The notes: generated by a model from the letters alone, not told the origin. Positions 1-14,780 are shown, numbered from the stretch's first letter. The stretch: DNA of 64,000 nt from Octopus sinensis (GCF_006345805.1 NC_043004.1:36952001-37016000), one strand, 5' to 3'. Program-made: numbers and translations.

Positions 1-33
1 AAGGGCTATGGGTGCCGGTCTTATTTATAAACG

Positions 34-471
34 CTATTTAAAGGCCAGATAAGTGTAACGCCGCCAATGGGGGCATCGAAAAGCCGACTGTAAGAGCCCG
101 TTTACCATCCGGCCTCTGGCAAACAAAATATGGAAGAGTTCGGAGACACAAAGGTTGCACTGTCTTCTGCCCCTATCAAATGGGAGGGCCACCGACAAAA
201 TTGACCATTCCAGCCTATAGCTTAAGTTCGCATCCTTCAGTCGCCATATTAGCTTACTGAGTCCCGTGGTCTGGCGCTTGTTCACGTCCCGAAAAGTTGC
301 GTAATGGTTGGAGACACGCAAAGACAATCTTGAGGACGATGCCCCTATATAAGTGAAGGCATCTGAGTCCGTGTAAACCTTGCATTGGTAGACGGCGTTT
401 TTGATCTTGGAGTTCGCCGACGTGAATCTTACTCTGCTAGGATTGGTTTCTGAATTAGAACTGCGTTCCTG
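34..471 (-). mobile_element. Penelope-like retroelement 3' fragment: GIY-YIG endonuclease C-terminal region (no RT in window)
   Basis: Extending ORF 34..327 upstream in frame to the TGA at 472-474 gives ...KIKNAVYQCKVYTDSDAFTYIGASSSRLSLRVSNHYATFRDVNKRQTTGLSKLIWRLKDANLSYRLEWSIL...QCNLCVSELFHILF...RCPHWRRY. The AVY...YIG, R..NH, T.LSK.IW.LK, W.I and C.LC..E motifs are typical of PLE GIY-YIG domains. Confidence 0.85.
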
Positions 472-591
472 TCACTATATTCGTTCCGAGACCTGCAGCC
501 GCTTACTACTCTATTTTCCACTACGTCACTATTAACTATAGGAATAACCCCTGATTCTCCACTATCTATCAGAGTGCTGTCATTGCTACTG

Positions 592-1548
<957 letters not shown>

Positions 1549-2074
1549 GTACATCATCATCGTCGTCATCATCATCATCTAGAGACTTGAAATTTCTAAA
1601 ATATAATTTTCGCATCGAAATGTTTACTTCTCAATGTATCGGTAAAAGCTGAAGTAATTTTAGTCTTGCGCCTGTGTTGTTAATAACGATGCCCAAAGTA
1701 AATACACGAGGTCGTTTCTTTTTGAAAAGTCAATATATGTTCTTTACTAGACAAGTGTACCTAAGGACTCGGTAGAGTCAAAATTTTATATACTTGAAGC
1801 TGATATCCCAAGAGAGAAAGATAAAATTTAAATTAATCTTATGAATTTTATTTTTTATCTTAGTCCAAAATATTAAGCATTTAAATCTCCGGGCACTAAC
1901 ATCAAGCTTTGCTGACTAATATATTTCTACCTGTGAATAAGTGGATTCTAAGTATATTACCAATATTTACGTTGATTCTCGATATACAATGATTTTATTC
2001 ATTGAATGTCTATTAAAAATTATTTAACAGAAGTTATCTTCAGAAACGAGGTGAAATAAACAAATACAAATTCT

Positions 2075-2121
<47 letters not shown>

Positions 2122-2989
2122 GAGATAGAGAGAGGTTAAGAGAGTGGCGGTGGGGGATATAAATAGGAGAGACTTCTATAATATTCATCCAGTAATTGTA
2201 ATACTTAATCTGTGAATGGCAGTTTTTGTTTTCGAAAAGACATACACGTATTTTACAAGCACACCTAAAATTTACAGTGTCATCTACAACAATGTTTTTG
2301 TTGTTGTTGTTGTTTTTTAAGTACTTGTATAATGAATGTGTAAACCGTTCTATAACACAGTCCAGTAATATAAAGAAGACCAAATGCAGCTTTGATAAAA
2401 GTATTGGTTCGGATTAGTGGAATTACACGATAATTAACCATATATCAGAAGACATTTGGTCAAATTGAGGTGCTAAATGTAATAAATATCTGCACAAACT
2501 TAGCACATTTTCTCTTTGTTTTCATATATTTTCCTCCTGCCATTAATTAGGATTAAAATGAGATTATATACTGGCCAATCGAATTAACTGTTTGCGTTAT
2601 AAATTCTGAGGTTTCCGCAACAGTATGTGAGTGAGAGTATGCAAATGAACTGCTCTGCACCTTGTTCACTGCATTTCGCTATAGCTTCAAGTTCACCCAA
2701 GGTTTATGAGTGTAGAGGTGTAGATAAAACTCGTGCCGACAAGGTGTCACCCTTATCACACAGTGCCGCGCCGAATCTGCATGGGGATTAAGTTTAGGTT
2801 GTTTTTGTGCAATATCAAGTCACTTTCGCGCGTGCGTGTAACACCTTACAATTTCGTCAGAGACTCAAGCATGAAATGCTTCAGACATGATGCTAATGAA
2901 GTTTATTAATTAATCGTTTATTCCTTCGTCATCTCTTTTCTTAGTACCGCTTCGACACACACACATATGTGTGTGTGTGTATATATATA

Positions 2990-3405
2990 TTCAGCAAAAT
3001 TTAGATTCAGATGAATATGGTACTTAAGTTAAAGGCACCAGCATCTTGTATGGTATTATCCATATAAATCAAATGGGCTGATTGTAATCAAAATAAGCAA
3101 CAAAGATATCCAAGGTAGTGTAGTACAATCGTTTCATGCTACTTCATTTTATTAAACAATGTAAGTATTACATCAGTTTTAAAATGTAGAGCAATCTGTC
3201 TATATATCTACCCTCTTTGTAATGTTGGCAAATGAAATAAGTATAAAAATGTACATTGTTCATTTAATTTTAAAAATTCTATATGTGGCTGAAGATTGCT
3301 CTACATTTTAAAACTGATGTAATGCCTACATTGTTTAATAAAATGAAGTAGCATGAAACAATTGTACTACACTACCTTGGATATCCCTGTTGCTTATTTC
3401 GATTA
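2990..3405. mobile_element. PLE-like non-autonomous element with 113-bp inverted repeat (3085-3197 vs 3293-3405), flanked by (AT)n
   Basis: The arms are near-perfect reverse complements. The 5' and 3' ends are shared with 19597-19770, and the 5' part recurs inverted at about 50218-50293. Confidence 0.75.
3284..3371 (+). ncRNA. Type I hammerhead ribozyme with long stem II (U-U at 10.1/11.1)
   Basis: Stem I TGTGG/CTACA; CTGAAGA 3289-3295; extended stem II (TGC..TAC/GTAGCA, CATTTTA/TAAAATG, AAAC/GTTT, GATGTA/TACATT); GAAA 3355-3358; stem III ACAATTGT; H17=3366. Confidence 0.72.
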
Positions 3406-4104
3406 TATATATATATACACTATATAAAATCACCTGCGTGTTAACATGGATCCCTTAACGACAATGTAACCCTTCATTTAACTAATGTATCTTCAGCTTG
3501 ATGAGTAGCTAGTGGAGTACCCCTTGTTCGGATAATTACTACTTCCGAGGTTCTGCTAGTTAGGGAGCATATCGAGCGGGGATTTTACCAACTCCATTCC
3601 TTTAATTTGGACTCAAATACTCAGCAAACCAAGTTTCTATAAAAAATTTAGAAACTTGCCTTAGTTGGGTTCAAAATACAATATCCTAGCAATAATTTCT
3701 AACAAATATTTTAAACGGTGGTTTTGTAAAATGACATGATTTTATGTTCCTTTTTAAATTAAACTGTGAGTCAAATGTAAATGTCTTATTTTCTTATTGT
3801 TTTCTGACCAGACACTGATCATAAGGTGGACAGAAGGTGAAAGGAGAGAAATACCGAAGTAAATGAATCATATTATAAGCAGAAGAGAGAATAATAGCCA
3901 AGTTCACTTTTTTGCCATAAACATAAGTTTTGTAATTGTTATGTGAGCGCTTGCTAAAAACAATGGAAAATTTCATAATGATAACTACACACAAATAGTT
4001 CAGCTTGTAATAAATACAGTAGGTGCTTCTAGGAGAGACAGACTTCACTTAGGACCTGGAGATATACTTTATGACGTCGACCAAGCACTTGACTATTACA
4101 ATGT

Positions 4105-4170
4105 TTCATCGACACCGAAAGGATGACTGTCAAACTTGACTTTGGCAAAATTTGAACTCAGAACGTAATG
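4105..4170 (-). mobile_element. SINE family B fragment
   Basis: Degenerate ATCGACACCGAAAGGATGA...TTTGAACTCAGAACGTAA, matching the family B copies below. Confidence 0.6.
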
Positions 4171-5132
4171 CACCACATTAATGATTTTAAAATTCTTCTC
4201 GATAGCAAGTATGGCATTATATGTGCGATTAATATATTTGCAAAGCCAGCCATAGCATGTTGTTGTGTAAGATGGTAGTGGAATGTAAAAACATCGAATT
4301 TCAGCAGGGAATACATACAATAAATTGATTGAAAAAGAGTTAGGGGAGTTATTTAAGCATCAGAATATGGTTATTAGCGCTTTCCACTACCATTCCAAAT
4401 CAACAGAAATCTTGCTGCGTACATATACTGAATATGATTGCGAAAAACGTTTCTACAAGTTTCACTATATCTACAGCCATGAAATTTTCAGATTTCGGTA
4501 ACATTCAGAACAGTTAAAAATCTAAATATGAAGTAGTAACACAATGAGATATACTGATGGCAAACATATATAAAACCTCATGCAATTATGGAAAGAGTTA
4601 TATTAACAAAACAGGAAGAATTTTTAAGACCATACTATAAGAGGCAAAAGCTCTAATGAAAAGAGAAAGATCAAAGTCAGGAATTTCAAAATAGTTATGA
4701 GGTGAAAAAAAATCAAACTATTAGAGTCTACATTCTATCATTGAGAAAAAATACAGGAGAAAATTGGGGGAAAAACTATATATTACGTTGACTTTATATG
4801 TGTGTGTATATATATATATATATATATACCCAGTCAGTGAGCGCAGTGTAGAACAGAATTTAGTAGAAGAAAATTGCATTAATATCTATCCCAACAGACA
4901 CTGGTTGAAGAAGGCATTAAATGAAAGTTTGTAAATGGATGGAGAATGTTTCAATTTACATCCACAATAACGATATGGTAGACGGAATTATCAATCGAGG
5001 AATCGATAATGTCGCAGACAAATATGCACGCACACACACACATACTAAACTACACAAAAACACGCAAACATGGGGGTACTAAAGGCAAGGAATGCAAGAA
5101 ATACTAACAATCTCAAAAATTATACATACACT

Positions 5133-5170
<38 letters not shown>

Positions 5171-5235
5171 TTTATATGCTAGTGAATGTGCTTACATGTC
5201 AGTATGTATGCATGTAAATATATATATATATATAT

Positions 5236-5385
5236 ATATCATCATCATCATCGTTTAACGTCCGCTTTACATGCTAGCATGGGTTGGACGATTTTGACTG
5301 AGGGCTGGCGAACCAGATGGCTGCACCAGGCTCCAATCTTGATCTGGCAGTTTCTACAGCTTGATGCCCTTCTTAACGCCAACCA
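5236..5385 (-). mobile_element. 5'-truncated retroposon 3' end with (ATG)n tail
   Basis: (CAT)n tract followed by a GC-richer block ending GATGCCCTTCTTAACGCCAACC, a motif I recognise from RTE-type LINE/SINE 3' ends; family not verified. Confidence 0.5.
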
Positions 5386-7875
5386 TATATATATATATAT
5401 ATATAAGTCTATGTGTGTGAACTATATCTGAATATATACAAATAATGAAGAAACATTTCTTTTTCAATAATTCTGGGACGCCATCTATTGGTAAACGTTG
5501 GTTTCCAATAAGAAGTTTTAATTGAAGACTTGGCGTAAAAATAAAAATGGATAATAGAAATCATTGATTAAACTCTTTTGTTTTCACCGAATATTGTAAT
5601 AAAGCGAAGTTAGATGTTCGTCTATAAAATATCGCCTACTGTGAGTGATAGTTGTGAATTATATATTAACAGAGCTTGTTGGGTGCCTCCTTCCTATATT
5701 TACAAAGAACTCACGGAGTACATTTCTTCTACTTGTGTGTGTGTGTGCACGCCTGTATGTACGTACAAACACAAGCATGTTCCACCTAAAGGAAATTCCA
5801 ATTGAAACAGGGACTGTGAGCGGTGTTGTCTTCGCCAGAAACGGTGTCAATGATTCGAGGAATTGATTTCCAATTCTGAGATAGAAGTTTTTACATGGGC
5901 AGAAACCAATATATATGTATTCCAGTTATTATTTGTGGACTACATTGAAGTGTGTGTGTGTGTGTGTGTGCTGTGTAGCTAACAAATATACTTATTTTAA
6001 TCATTCGAATGCGGCCATGCTGGTGCACCAGCATGATGGAATTAGTCAAATCGAGCGCACTACGTTTTTTTTTTCATTCTGGTATTTATTCGATCGCTCT
6101 TTTCCCCGAAACTCTACGCTATCGGACGTAAACAAACTAACACCGATCGTCAAGTGGTGCAGGACTAAACACAAAGAAATACAAACACATACACACGATG
6201 CGATTCCATACTGTTTCCGTCAACCAAATTCATTCACAACATGCTATATAGGAGGGTGTGTATATGTGTGTGGGGGGTGTTAAAAATTATCTAGGCCGAT
6301 TATACTGCATATCGGCAATAGTAACAAATATAGAGAAACCAGGCGGAGTAACAGACTCACAGAATTCGTGTTCGTAACATTGTAACCAAATGACGTTAAC
6401 GATGCTTAAATTCATAGAAATTCCTAATCGTTCTGGCTCTGTTCTTGTTTCTTTTTCTTACCTCATTCCATATACTTTCACATGGAAATTCTAACTTGTT
6501 CTTTCTTTCTTCTCTCACTGTGGCATTCTCCTGTTGGATGCTAAAATATTCTATTCATATTCAGAGTGTTCGGGAATTAGCTACGAAGTAATTAATATCT
6601 TTGTATTTACTTTTTTCATTACCATTTTTGTATTTTTTATTGTTGACAAATTGTAAGTTCATCTCTGCAAAGCCTTTTCAATGACTGTCGATTGCATTGC
6701 TATGTTATTTATGCAAGGTATTGTAGTAATTATCATTGCAGTCTACGCTGGAGATATTATACAAATGTATTGTGCACAAATGTATTGCCCGCACGATTTC
6801 TAGTGAATAATTACAAAGTCAGATCGATAAAGCTCAGCAGCAAGAAATAAAAAATATATATCATGCAACAAGAATAGTATAATCAGTGGCATGCCATTTA
6901 GTGATGTGTGTATTTGGTTTATTCATAAGTGAGCAATTAGTTATTAACAATAGTATTTGTTTGTTGCCAATCGAAGTTATAGAGTCAACTCAATACATTA
7001 AGTAGCCTTGGGGGAGCACGAAAGGCCAGTATTTTCGACATAATAAAATATTTGCATTTAATATCGTGCAAACATTGTCTAGTATATTATAAAATAAAGC
7101 ACTCGAGCTCAGCAGATATATTATTTTGCGTATGTGATGAGTTATGGAAATACAAGTTCATAAAATATGAAGGTAATACCGCAATCTTTTACAATTCAGT
7201 AGTTTACTACAGGGGTTTCCATAATCTTCTACGAGTGATCGTTGAGTGGATTTTAATGTATACATCTATATTCTGCTTTGACAATATATTTTGGAGAGTA
7301 CATATGGAAGAAAACTAATGAAATTCCTTTGTTGCGTCGGTTGCGTAATAGAATAGATATGAAACAATGTGTTAAGCGAGTTCAGACGAAACAGCAACAG
7401 TTTCCCTATTTAAACATACATACGCCACTAGATTCAATATTTCTCCACTAATGTATATTATTAACTATCAAAGACCTTTACCGTGCATTTACAGGTCGTA
7501 AATCTGCGACGAAGCACTCTCATAATTAATACAATATCGTATTGGTAAAATAATAAAAACAAGTTACAGAAGCAACATAAGCAAGTTTTATGGGAAACAT
7601 TTACATTATTTTTCAAAACATACCACACCAGCCATATTTCCTCACAGCAACATGGCGTACTGATACAGTTCCAATATATATCACAGCATCTCCAGTGGAA
7701 TGTTCTTTGCATAAGAGAGAACCAGTGTGTCATAATGGAGAAAAGCAAAATTTGCGCTGTATTATCGAATGAATCCACAAATCCAGTAATCTAGATCTGG
7801 TTAGTAATCTCTATTCAGAGACTTCCTTATTAAATGATGTTCTCTAATCAGAAGTTTTTATTAGTTAATATCTGC

Positions 7876-8081
7876 TTCTTTATTACTCACAGACAAGGAC
7901 AGACAAACGGATTAAGTCGATTACATCGACCCCAGTGCGTAACTGGTACTTAATTTATCGACCCCGAAAGGATGAAAGGCAAAGTCGACCTCGGCGGAAT
8001 TTGAACTCAGAACGTAACAGCAGACGAAATACGGCAACGGATTTCGCCCGGCGTGTTAACGGTTCTGCCAGCTCGCTGCTT
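7876..8081 (-). mobile_element. tRNA-derived SINE family B
   Basis: High identity to 25297-25530 and 57627-57863; B-box-like GAGTTCAAATTCC on the minus strand. Confidence 0.85.
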
Positions 8082-8377
8082 TTATCATTATTCCGAAGAA
8101 TATTCGATACAATCATAGAATAAGGGATTATTCAGAAAAACTCTAAAATAAACTGCAGTAATTTATTCGTAATCCGTCATAAGGTGAAATTTGATTCGAT
8201 GCTAGGGATCAGTTCGTGTGGCGCATCTACCCACTTCTTGTAGACAGTAAATTTATACACAGAAATATTTAATATACTTAGCACGTAAAAATTAGAGGAA
8301 GGTCGAGGAATGGCGATTGAAAGCAAATAACTATTTTGCTGACGTATAAATATAAAATGTATGTGTGCATTAATATA

Positions 8378-8668
8378 CTCTTTTATACGTTTCAGTCATT
8401 TGACTGCGGCCATGCTGGAGCATTGCTTTTAGTCGAAGAAATTGACCCCAGGACTTCTTTGTAAGCCTAGTACTTATTCTATCGGTCTCTTTTGCCGAAT
8501 AGCTGGTTGGGGACCCAAAGACACACATATAAATATATATACATGTGTGTGTGTGTGTGTGTGTATGTATACATATATATATATAAGACGGGTTTCTTTC
8601 AGTTTCCGTCTACCAAATCTACTCAAAAGGCTTTGATCGGCGTGCGCGCTAGAAAAAGGCATACTTTA
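8378..8668 (-). mobile_element. SINE family A, head missing, with internal microsatellite
   Basis: Matches the body and tail of 28517-28953 and 36822-37196. Confidence 0.8.
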
Positions 8669-8974
8669 CAAAGTGTATGATAATCAGTGTTATGATATTT
8701 CTTACCCTAATTGCTCAACAAATGAATTATTTCTGACTACCACCGACCGCGTAAGTCCCTACAGTGTGACATTAAAAATAAGCAGCTAATTTTTGACTCG
8801 CGACCAGTAGGAATTGCCTGATCTCACCGCTACAGAATCTTCTGATTCAAGAATATCAGCCGTTGAACAAAAGCAATACATACACGTAAGCACGCACGTA
8901 TATGTGTGTTCGTGTGTATGTGTATGTAGATATGTCTGTGTTTATGTATATATGCGCATTCAAGCGCACACACG

Positions 8975-8977
<3 letters not shown>

Positions 8978-9007
<30 letters not shown>

Positions 9008-9045
9008 TGTATGTATGTATGTATGTATGCATGTATGTATGTATA
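8978..9045. repeat. (GTAT)n microsatellite
   Basis: Directly visible. Confidence 0.95.
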
Positions 9046-9539
9046 TCGATGGTTGATCAGAAGATTCATTGTTTAAAAAAGGGCGGGTGGGGAAATCTCT
9101 CTTCACTGTAATTGCCTCTACGCTGACAATTGAATGAATAGAAAATTGAAGCCATACTTATTATTACAGTTTTTGTTGTGGTACCAAATACGGCGGGGGT
9201 GAGGTTATTTCAATGGTGTATTCATTTCTAGTGAATAATTGGATATATTGTGTATTGTGTAAATGAAACGAGAATCTGTCCACATATTGAACAGGTATAG
9301 ATCTTTGGCAATTCCTGCTGTTCGTATTATTCGATTAAAATCATATACCAAATCCGAAAGCCTATTTATTCAATGATACAAAAATGGTTTTGGGGGCCAA
9401 ATCACCCAGCTATAATTACATTTCAATTAAAACTTGCCAATAACTTATAAATTCAAACTTTAACCTCGATATTTAATTCTACAGATGGATATATAAGAAA
9501 GTAATATGTTTTTTTCCTAATTTAATTTTTATATCATCC

Positions 9540-9700
9540 ATTCACCAGTGTCGTCGCAACTCATTTCTACATCTGAGTAAACTGAAGCAACATGAAATAA
9601 AGTGTCTTGCTCAAGAACACTACATAACCCTGTCCGAGAATCGAACTCAGTACTGCATCATTGTGAGCCCAACGCTCTAACCACTGAGCCATGCACCTTC
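9540..9700 (-). mobile_element. tRNA-derived SINE family C (head and central domain)
   Basis: Minus strand has A box TGGCTCAGTGG, B box GAGTTCGATTCTC, then GTTCTTGAGCAAGACACTTTATTTCA, resembling CORE/Meta-type central domains; superfamily not verified. Confidence 0.8.
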
Positions 9701-9711
9701 AACATATTACC

Positions 9712-9748
<37 letters not shown>

Positions 9749-11536
9749 GTAATTATATCCCGTTTGCATTACGTTAGTTTTGATCGTTAGAGTTTTACTC
9801 CTCATCAATGCAGGGAGAAGAGAAAAAGGGTGGGAGGAAGAGACAAAATAGATGCTTCCTCTGCAGTGAAGTAACCGAAGGTTTTCAACTAATGGTCTTG
9901 GAAGAAATGCCTCTCCTTCTGCCCATTAACACGATGCCAATCAAGAAAAGGGGTCAAAGTTTTCAAAATATTTATTTTATATGACTGGTGAATGTGCAGA
10001 GTGTTTTGCAGTAATCCCTAAATGGGTTCAATTTTGAAATTTTAACAATATCAATTTAGCTATTCCGCTACAAACATTTGTTTGATGAACAACGATTGAA
10101 ACAATTCTGTCTTATTTCTAGTACCTGGTTGACAAAAACCTAAACTAAACCAAACAGTAATCTGTCCTGAAACACATATTTCGTTCTTTAACAGAATAAT
10201 AGAAAAATTATCGCAGTAAGATGGTTGTTCTTACTCAACATCGAAGATATTCGATTTCTTACAGAAATTATTTTAATACTAACTGCAGTCAAGAATATGT
10301 CCATCGGTCTGTTTTTCAAATCTTAATTTACACAAATATCTTTCGAAAAACGTATTTCGTTGATTTTCTACGGTTTGTTGAACTAAACTGTTCAGTATAT
10401 ATTTAGGACTTCATTTAGTAAATTCTTTACTAAATTACAGCTTTTGGACTGCTTTGCTATTTTCGTGGTAAAATTTAATTATATTGCTTTTTACTATGTC
10501 ATTAAACTGAAAATAAGTAAGCCACGTTTCTTTTTATGTCAGTCTCCGATTTATGGGTTGCTATACAAGTTCTAAGTACATTACACTATGTAGTTCGATA
10601 TTACATATTACTGACTGTAGCTACACTCTTATGCTATCTTTTTCTCTCCGCCTCCCTTTCTTTCGGTCTCTCTTCCTACTTGCCTCTTTTACTTGACTCT
10701 TCTTCCCACTATGTCAATTCCCCACGCATCCATCTCAGCACAGTCACTAACTTCTCATCCCACATTTTATCTTGTTAACTTTCCTTTATATTATAACTCT
10801 CACTGTCTCTTTCTTTCTTCTCTCTCCATCCTTCCTTATCTTTCCTAATCTGCTCACTACTCTGCCTGTCTCATCTACTAGCACGCCATAGATTACTCCT
10901 CTCTTTCACTTCTCACTACACCAACTGTTTTCTTTTTCACATTATTCATTTTATTCTTAATCCTCCATTTTTAACCATACTATCTCTTTCTTTCACACCC
11001 ATTTTCCCAACCTTCAGAGCATTTCTCTGTCTCCGACCTGACTGTGTCTCTAGTTTATTGGCCAACTTTTATTTTTCTCCCTTTCTTTACCTCCCACGCT
11101 CTCGCAGCCAATCTCATTTGCCTATCTATTTATGTAATCCCCCTCGTTTATTTATCTATTTTTGTCTTCCCGCTCCCAAAGCAGCCGCTGTTTCCTCCTT
11201 CAGGTGTGTAGAAGAGAAATTAACCAGCGAAAAGGATCGCCTGACTTAGCATTTTATACATTCAAACGTTCAAAGTTAGCGTTTATATCACTGTTCGTAT
11301 AGCTGTGAACATGTACATACATACACACACACACTTTATATATATATAAAGTAGGATAATACTAATAAATATAGCATGAACAGGATAAACAACCCATTTA
11401 TTGCAGAAAAATGTGTCGGTGGCCGCTGCCGAAACATTTTCCTGCTAGCATTATCCTGCGTTTGAGAATAAAAAATTACTCAACTTTCTAGACATCTCAA
11501 CGCTTCTAAAGCAAACTGTTTAATTTCATCGTAATT

Positions 11537-11618
<82 letters not shown>

Positions 11619-11621
<3 letters not shown>

Positions 11622-11814
11622 GGAAAGAGTTCATGAAAAAAACAAAAGACGAAGACAGGTGGTGTATAAAACAAACAGATGTATTAGTATAACGCTCAGG
11701 AAATTGAAAAAGTATTTTACGTTTCGAGCCTACGCTCTTCTACAGAAAGGGACACAGAAAAAAAAACAAGGAGAGAGAAAAACAAGGAGAGAAAAAAATG
11801 TGTGTAGTGGGTAA

Positions 11815-11815
<1 letters not shown>
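11619..11815 (-). mobile_element. Short PLE-derived element with mutated minimal hammerhead (11715-11748), between (GT)n and (AT)n
   Basis: Minus strand reads TTT CTGTAGA A GAGC GTAG GCTC GAAA CGT A AAA; same HHR layout as 48409-48443, but core A6 is changed to U. Confidence 0.65.
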
Positions 11816-11850
<35 letters not shown>

Positions 11851-14724
11851 TTACATGCTGCAAAGCATGTATGTACAGACAAAACTGAGAGAGAGGGGGA
11901 GTGAGTGAGAGATGGAGGGAGAGGGAGATTATGGGAAGACATATAAGAAAAAGATAATCTTGAGGAAGATAGAATGGTGAAACTTTTTCAGAAAGAAGTC
12001 AGTTATGAAATAAACATTTATTGTCTCAGCCCCTGATGGGTAAAAGTAAAGCCAACTGAGATAGGATTTGAATGTAAAAAGTAAAAGGACGTAACCAGGT
12101 ACAAGGCATTTTGTTTGACTGTGTAACGATAAAAGGGCGAGGATGAAAAAGGGCGACGACACGTTACGTGCTGATGAAAGGAAAAGGAAAAGGAATGGAG
12201 ACTTGTGAAAGTGGAGGTCGATTTATTGAAAAAGCTATACGAGACAATATTGAGAACGTGCGCAATCGAAAGGGTAAGACCTACCATGATGCAAAAGGGG
12301 AAAGGGAAAGAGGGTGAGAGAGTTGTCCTAAATGGAAAGGTGAGAATTAAAAGGAAATACTTTGATAATGGTAGACGTACTAAGGGTGAACGTTTTCTTT
12401 TTCCTCGGTCGTAACCGGATCTGCGTTATAAGGTGACATCACATTCCTCCAGTTAATCTATGCAAGGGTCTGATGAAGTGAAATATCACTGTAAGAGTTA
12501 TCAGCCATCTGAAACTATGCTTCATTTCGCCAATTCTCAGCAACCTTGACAACTTGGAAGCAATGCAAAAACAATAACATTGCAGAAATACAGCTGAAGT
12601 GGTAATAAATATATAACTGAGATTTCAGGCCGACTGTAATATCGTAGACGATAAAAAGGTTTGGAAAGGAAGAGTTTAAACCTTATAGACTGTTGTAACG
12701 GAACACATATAGACTTTACTCTGTTTTGAAGGAAATTGGATTGCTTTTTGCGGACAGAGATTTAACACCAGAAGTTGGGGTGAATTGTGAGTTGTAAGTG
12801 ATAGGCTCTCGAGTAAAGGTAATTGGTTATGTACATATACAGGAGGGAAGGAAGAGAAGCACAGTAGTTCCATTCCTATTTCGAACTCGGTGAGACGTAT
12901 CTGCTACAAAACAAAGGTACTGTTTCGTTGTCATTGAAGTAGAAGTTCGAGACTTTACTACATTAAATGGCGGATTGAGTGCAATTTTATCAGGTTTAAT
13001 AGTATATATTCGATGGAGGTGAGTCCATCTCATTTAATCTTCCTACCTTTTCTTAACTGCTGTTTCAAGTGAACCAGTAGAATTAAATGCTAAAACACAC
13101 AAAGAGTTGTATACAGTGGAATTCCTAATTTGGTCGTAAAAAAATATCATATAACGTAGGTATGTAAGAAACATGAAATAGAGTGTTATACACTGTTTAT
13201 CAGTTATAGTTTATCGCTTATAAAACTAAATTAGGATAATTTCTCAAAGGACTATTTGTTGAGAAAAATTAAAGGCTATACAAATATTTGGTTATATAAA
13301 TATTCATATACATGATTGACTCGACAAACTTAATGCAGACATAGAAACAGATACATAGCAGATACACACAGAGCGAAAGTTTGACAAAGATTAATAAGGA
13401 TTGTGGATATAATAAGAGAAACCAAAGTATAAGCAAGATATAAACCTGCCAGATTCTGTAAGTAACGAAGATATAAGAAGAATTAAGCATCGAGGTAAAT
13501 TAATTATTTGCAGCAATTCAATTTCTGTCTCTTCTTAATCTGCAACTTGAAGATTTGATTCCTTGAAGATTTGATTCCACGCCAAAAAACTTAACGAAAT
13601 CTTTATATTTTCTTATCTATTCGTTGTCTTTTTGCTAAAGAATTTCATGCTATATAGTACGTGACGGTGCTATATTCTTTCTACCCTGTTACCTTTTATG
13701 ATTTGATTAAATGCTAAACCACGTTATTCCATTTTAACCGGCCTTCTTTTTAATGTCGGAAAATCTAAGTGTTTCAGGCTTTTGTTCGTTGGATTTATAT
13801 TGTCTGACCGGGCAGCTCAATTTTCGCATTGTTCTACAGACAAGAAAAGGATATTCTCTAATCCCCTTTACTAAAATGTAATTCTCTATAAATCTGAAAT
13901 ACTTTTCAGATATGATTATTTTTTATTTGAGAAATAGATGTATTATAGAGATTTTTTTTCTACTTCCAAAACTATAACAGTCGCGATATTTTATTTAGAG
14001 GTGTTCATCGTCTTTTTAACTGGCAGAAAGTAGAATGTTCGTTTTTGATGTTGAATCTGATAAGTTTTTAAAACAACACTTTACAACAATATTCTTATTA
14101 ATTTTAATGTAATATTGACATGAATTTTAAAAAAGACTAATTTTCGCAAGAGAGCTCTTATTTTTAATCTGTAAAAGCAAATGACATCAATCACAACGGA
14201 TTTCCACTTATTTTTGCTATAGTTTCCACTAATATTTTAGAAAATCATCAAAATTGGTGTCTCTCTATATACACTAGTCTTCATAAAGTTGACTGTTCTA
14301 TTTTTCATATTTGATGACTACAACACTAACCATTCGTTTGTGGCCTGTGTCGGTTTTTATTCCATCTTCCAGTTGAAGCTCCCTACCATTTCCAACAACA
14401 TTATTCTCAACTAATCATAAATTTCATTGAGATAGTATTCTACCGCCACACACTGTTGTAATTTCTCCTGTGTCAGAATCCTAGTTTCATATATTAACTC
14501 ATACTTCAGGCTTCCAATTCCTTTGTAAATGCCTCAATTTTTATCTTCTTCGATAAGTTTCTGTGACTAAATGTACAAGTCAGGACAGAATGCAAAACTT
14601 TCCACTATCATAAAAAAAATAATAAAGAATCAGAAAGAGGTGCAGCAATTCATTTCTAGCTTCCTTTTTTTGTGACAAAATGAACTGAAACACCTAAATG
14701 TTAATTTAGCCAACGTAATTAACG

Positions 14725-14780
14725 TACCGGCAGCTCATGGCTCACGGACCGGCACTGGACCACCACTTTGAACTGCACTG
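14725..14780. mobile_element. Possible hAT-Charlie-like terminal sequence
   Basis: CACGGACCGGCACTGGACCACCACTTTGAACTGCACTG resembles Charlie-type ends (CAGTG terminus on the minus strand). No partner TIR or TSD found. Confidence 0.3.

Noticed and set aside
3780-4100. Hydrophobic minus frame with repeated TGA, suggesting a NUMT (TGA=Trp)
   Set aside because: I recognise no mitochondrial protein; TAA/TAG stops are also present; such composition is expected from AT-rich antisense sequence.
6380-7790. Possible decayed intronless GPCR
   Set aside because: Only vague TM-like stretches, many stops and no convincing DRY or NPxxY motif.
9620-9700. tRNA gene call for SINE heads (also 28870-28950, 46920-46983 and others)
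   Set aside because: A/B boxes are present but continue directly into SINE bodies, with no complete cloverleaf or acceptor stem.
12500-14700. Codon-like AT-rich stretch, possibly a Charlie transposase or other pseudogene
   Set aside because: No motif could be reconstructed with confidence; needs BLASTx.
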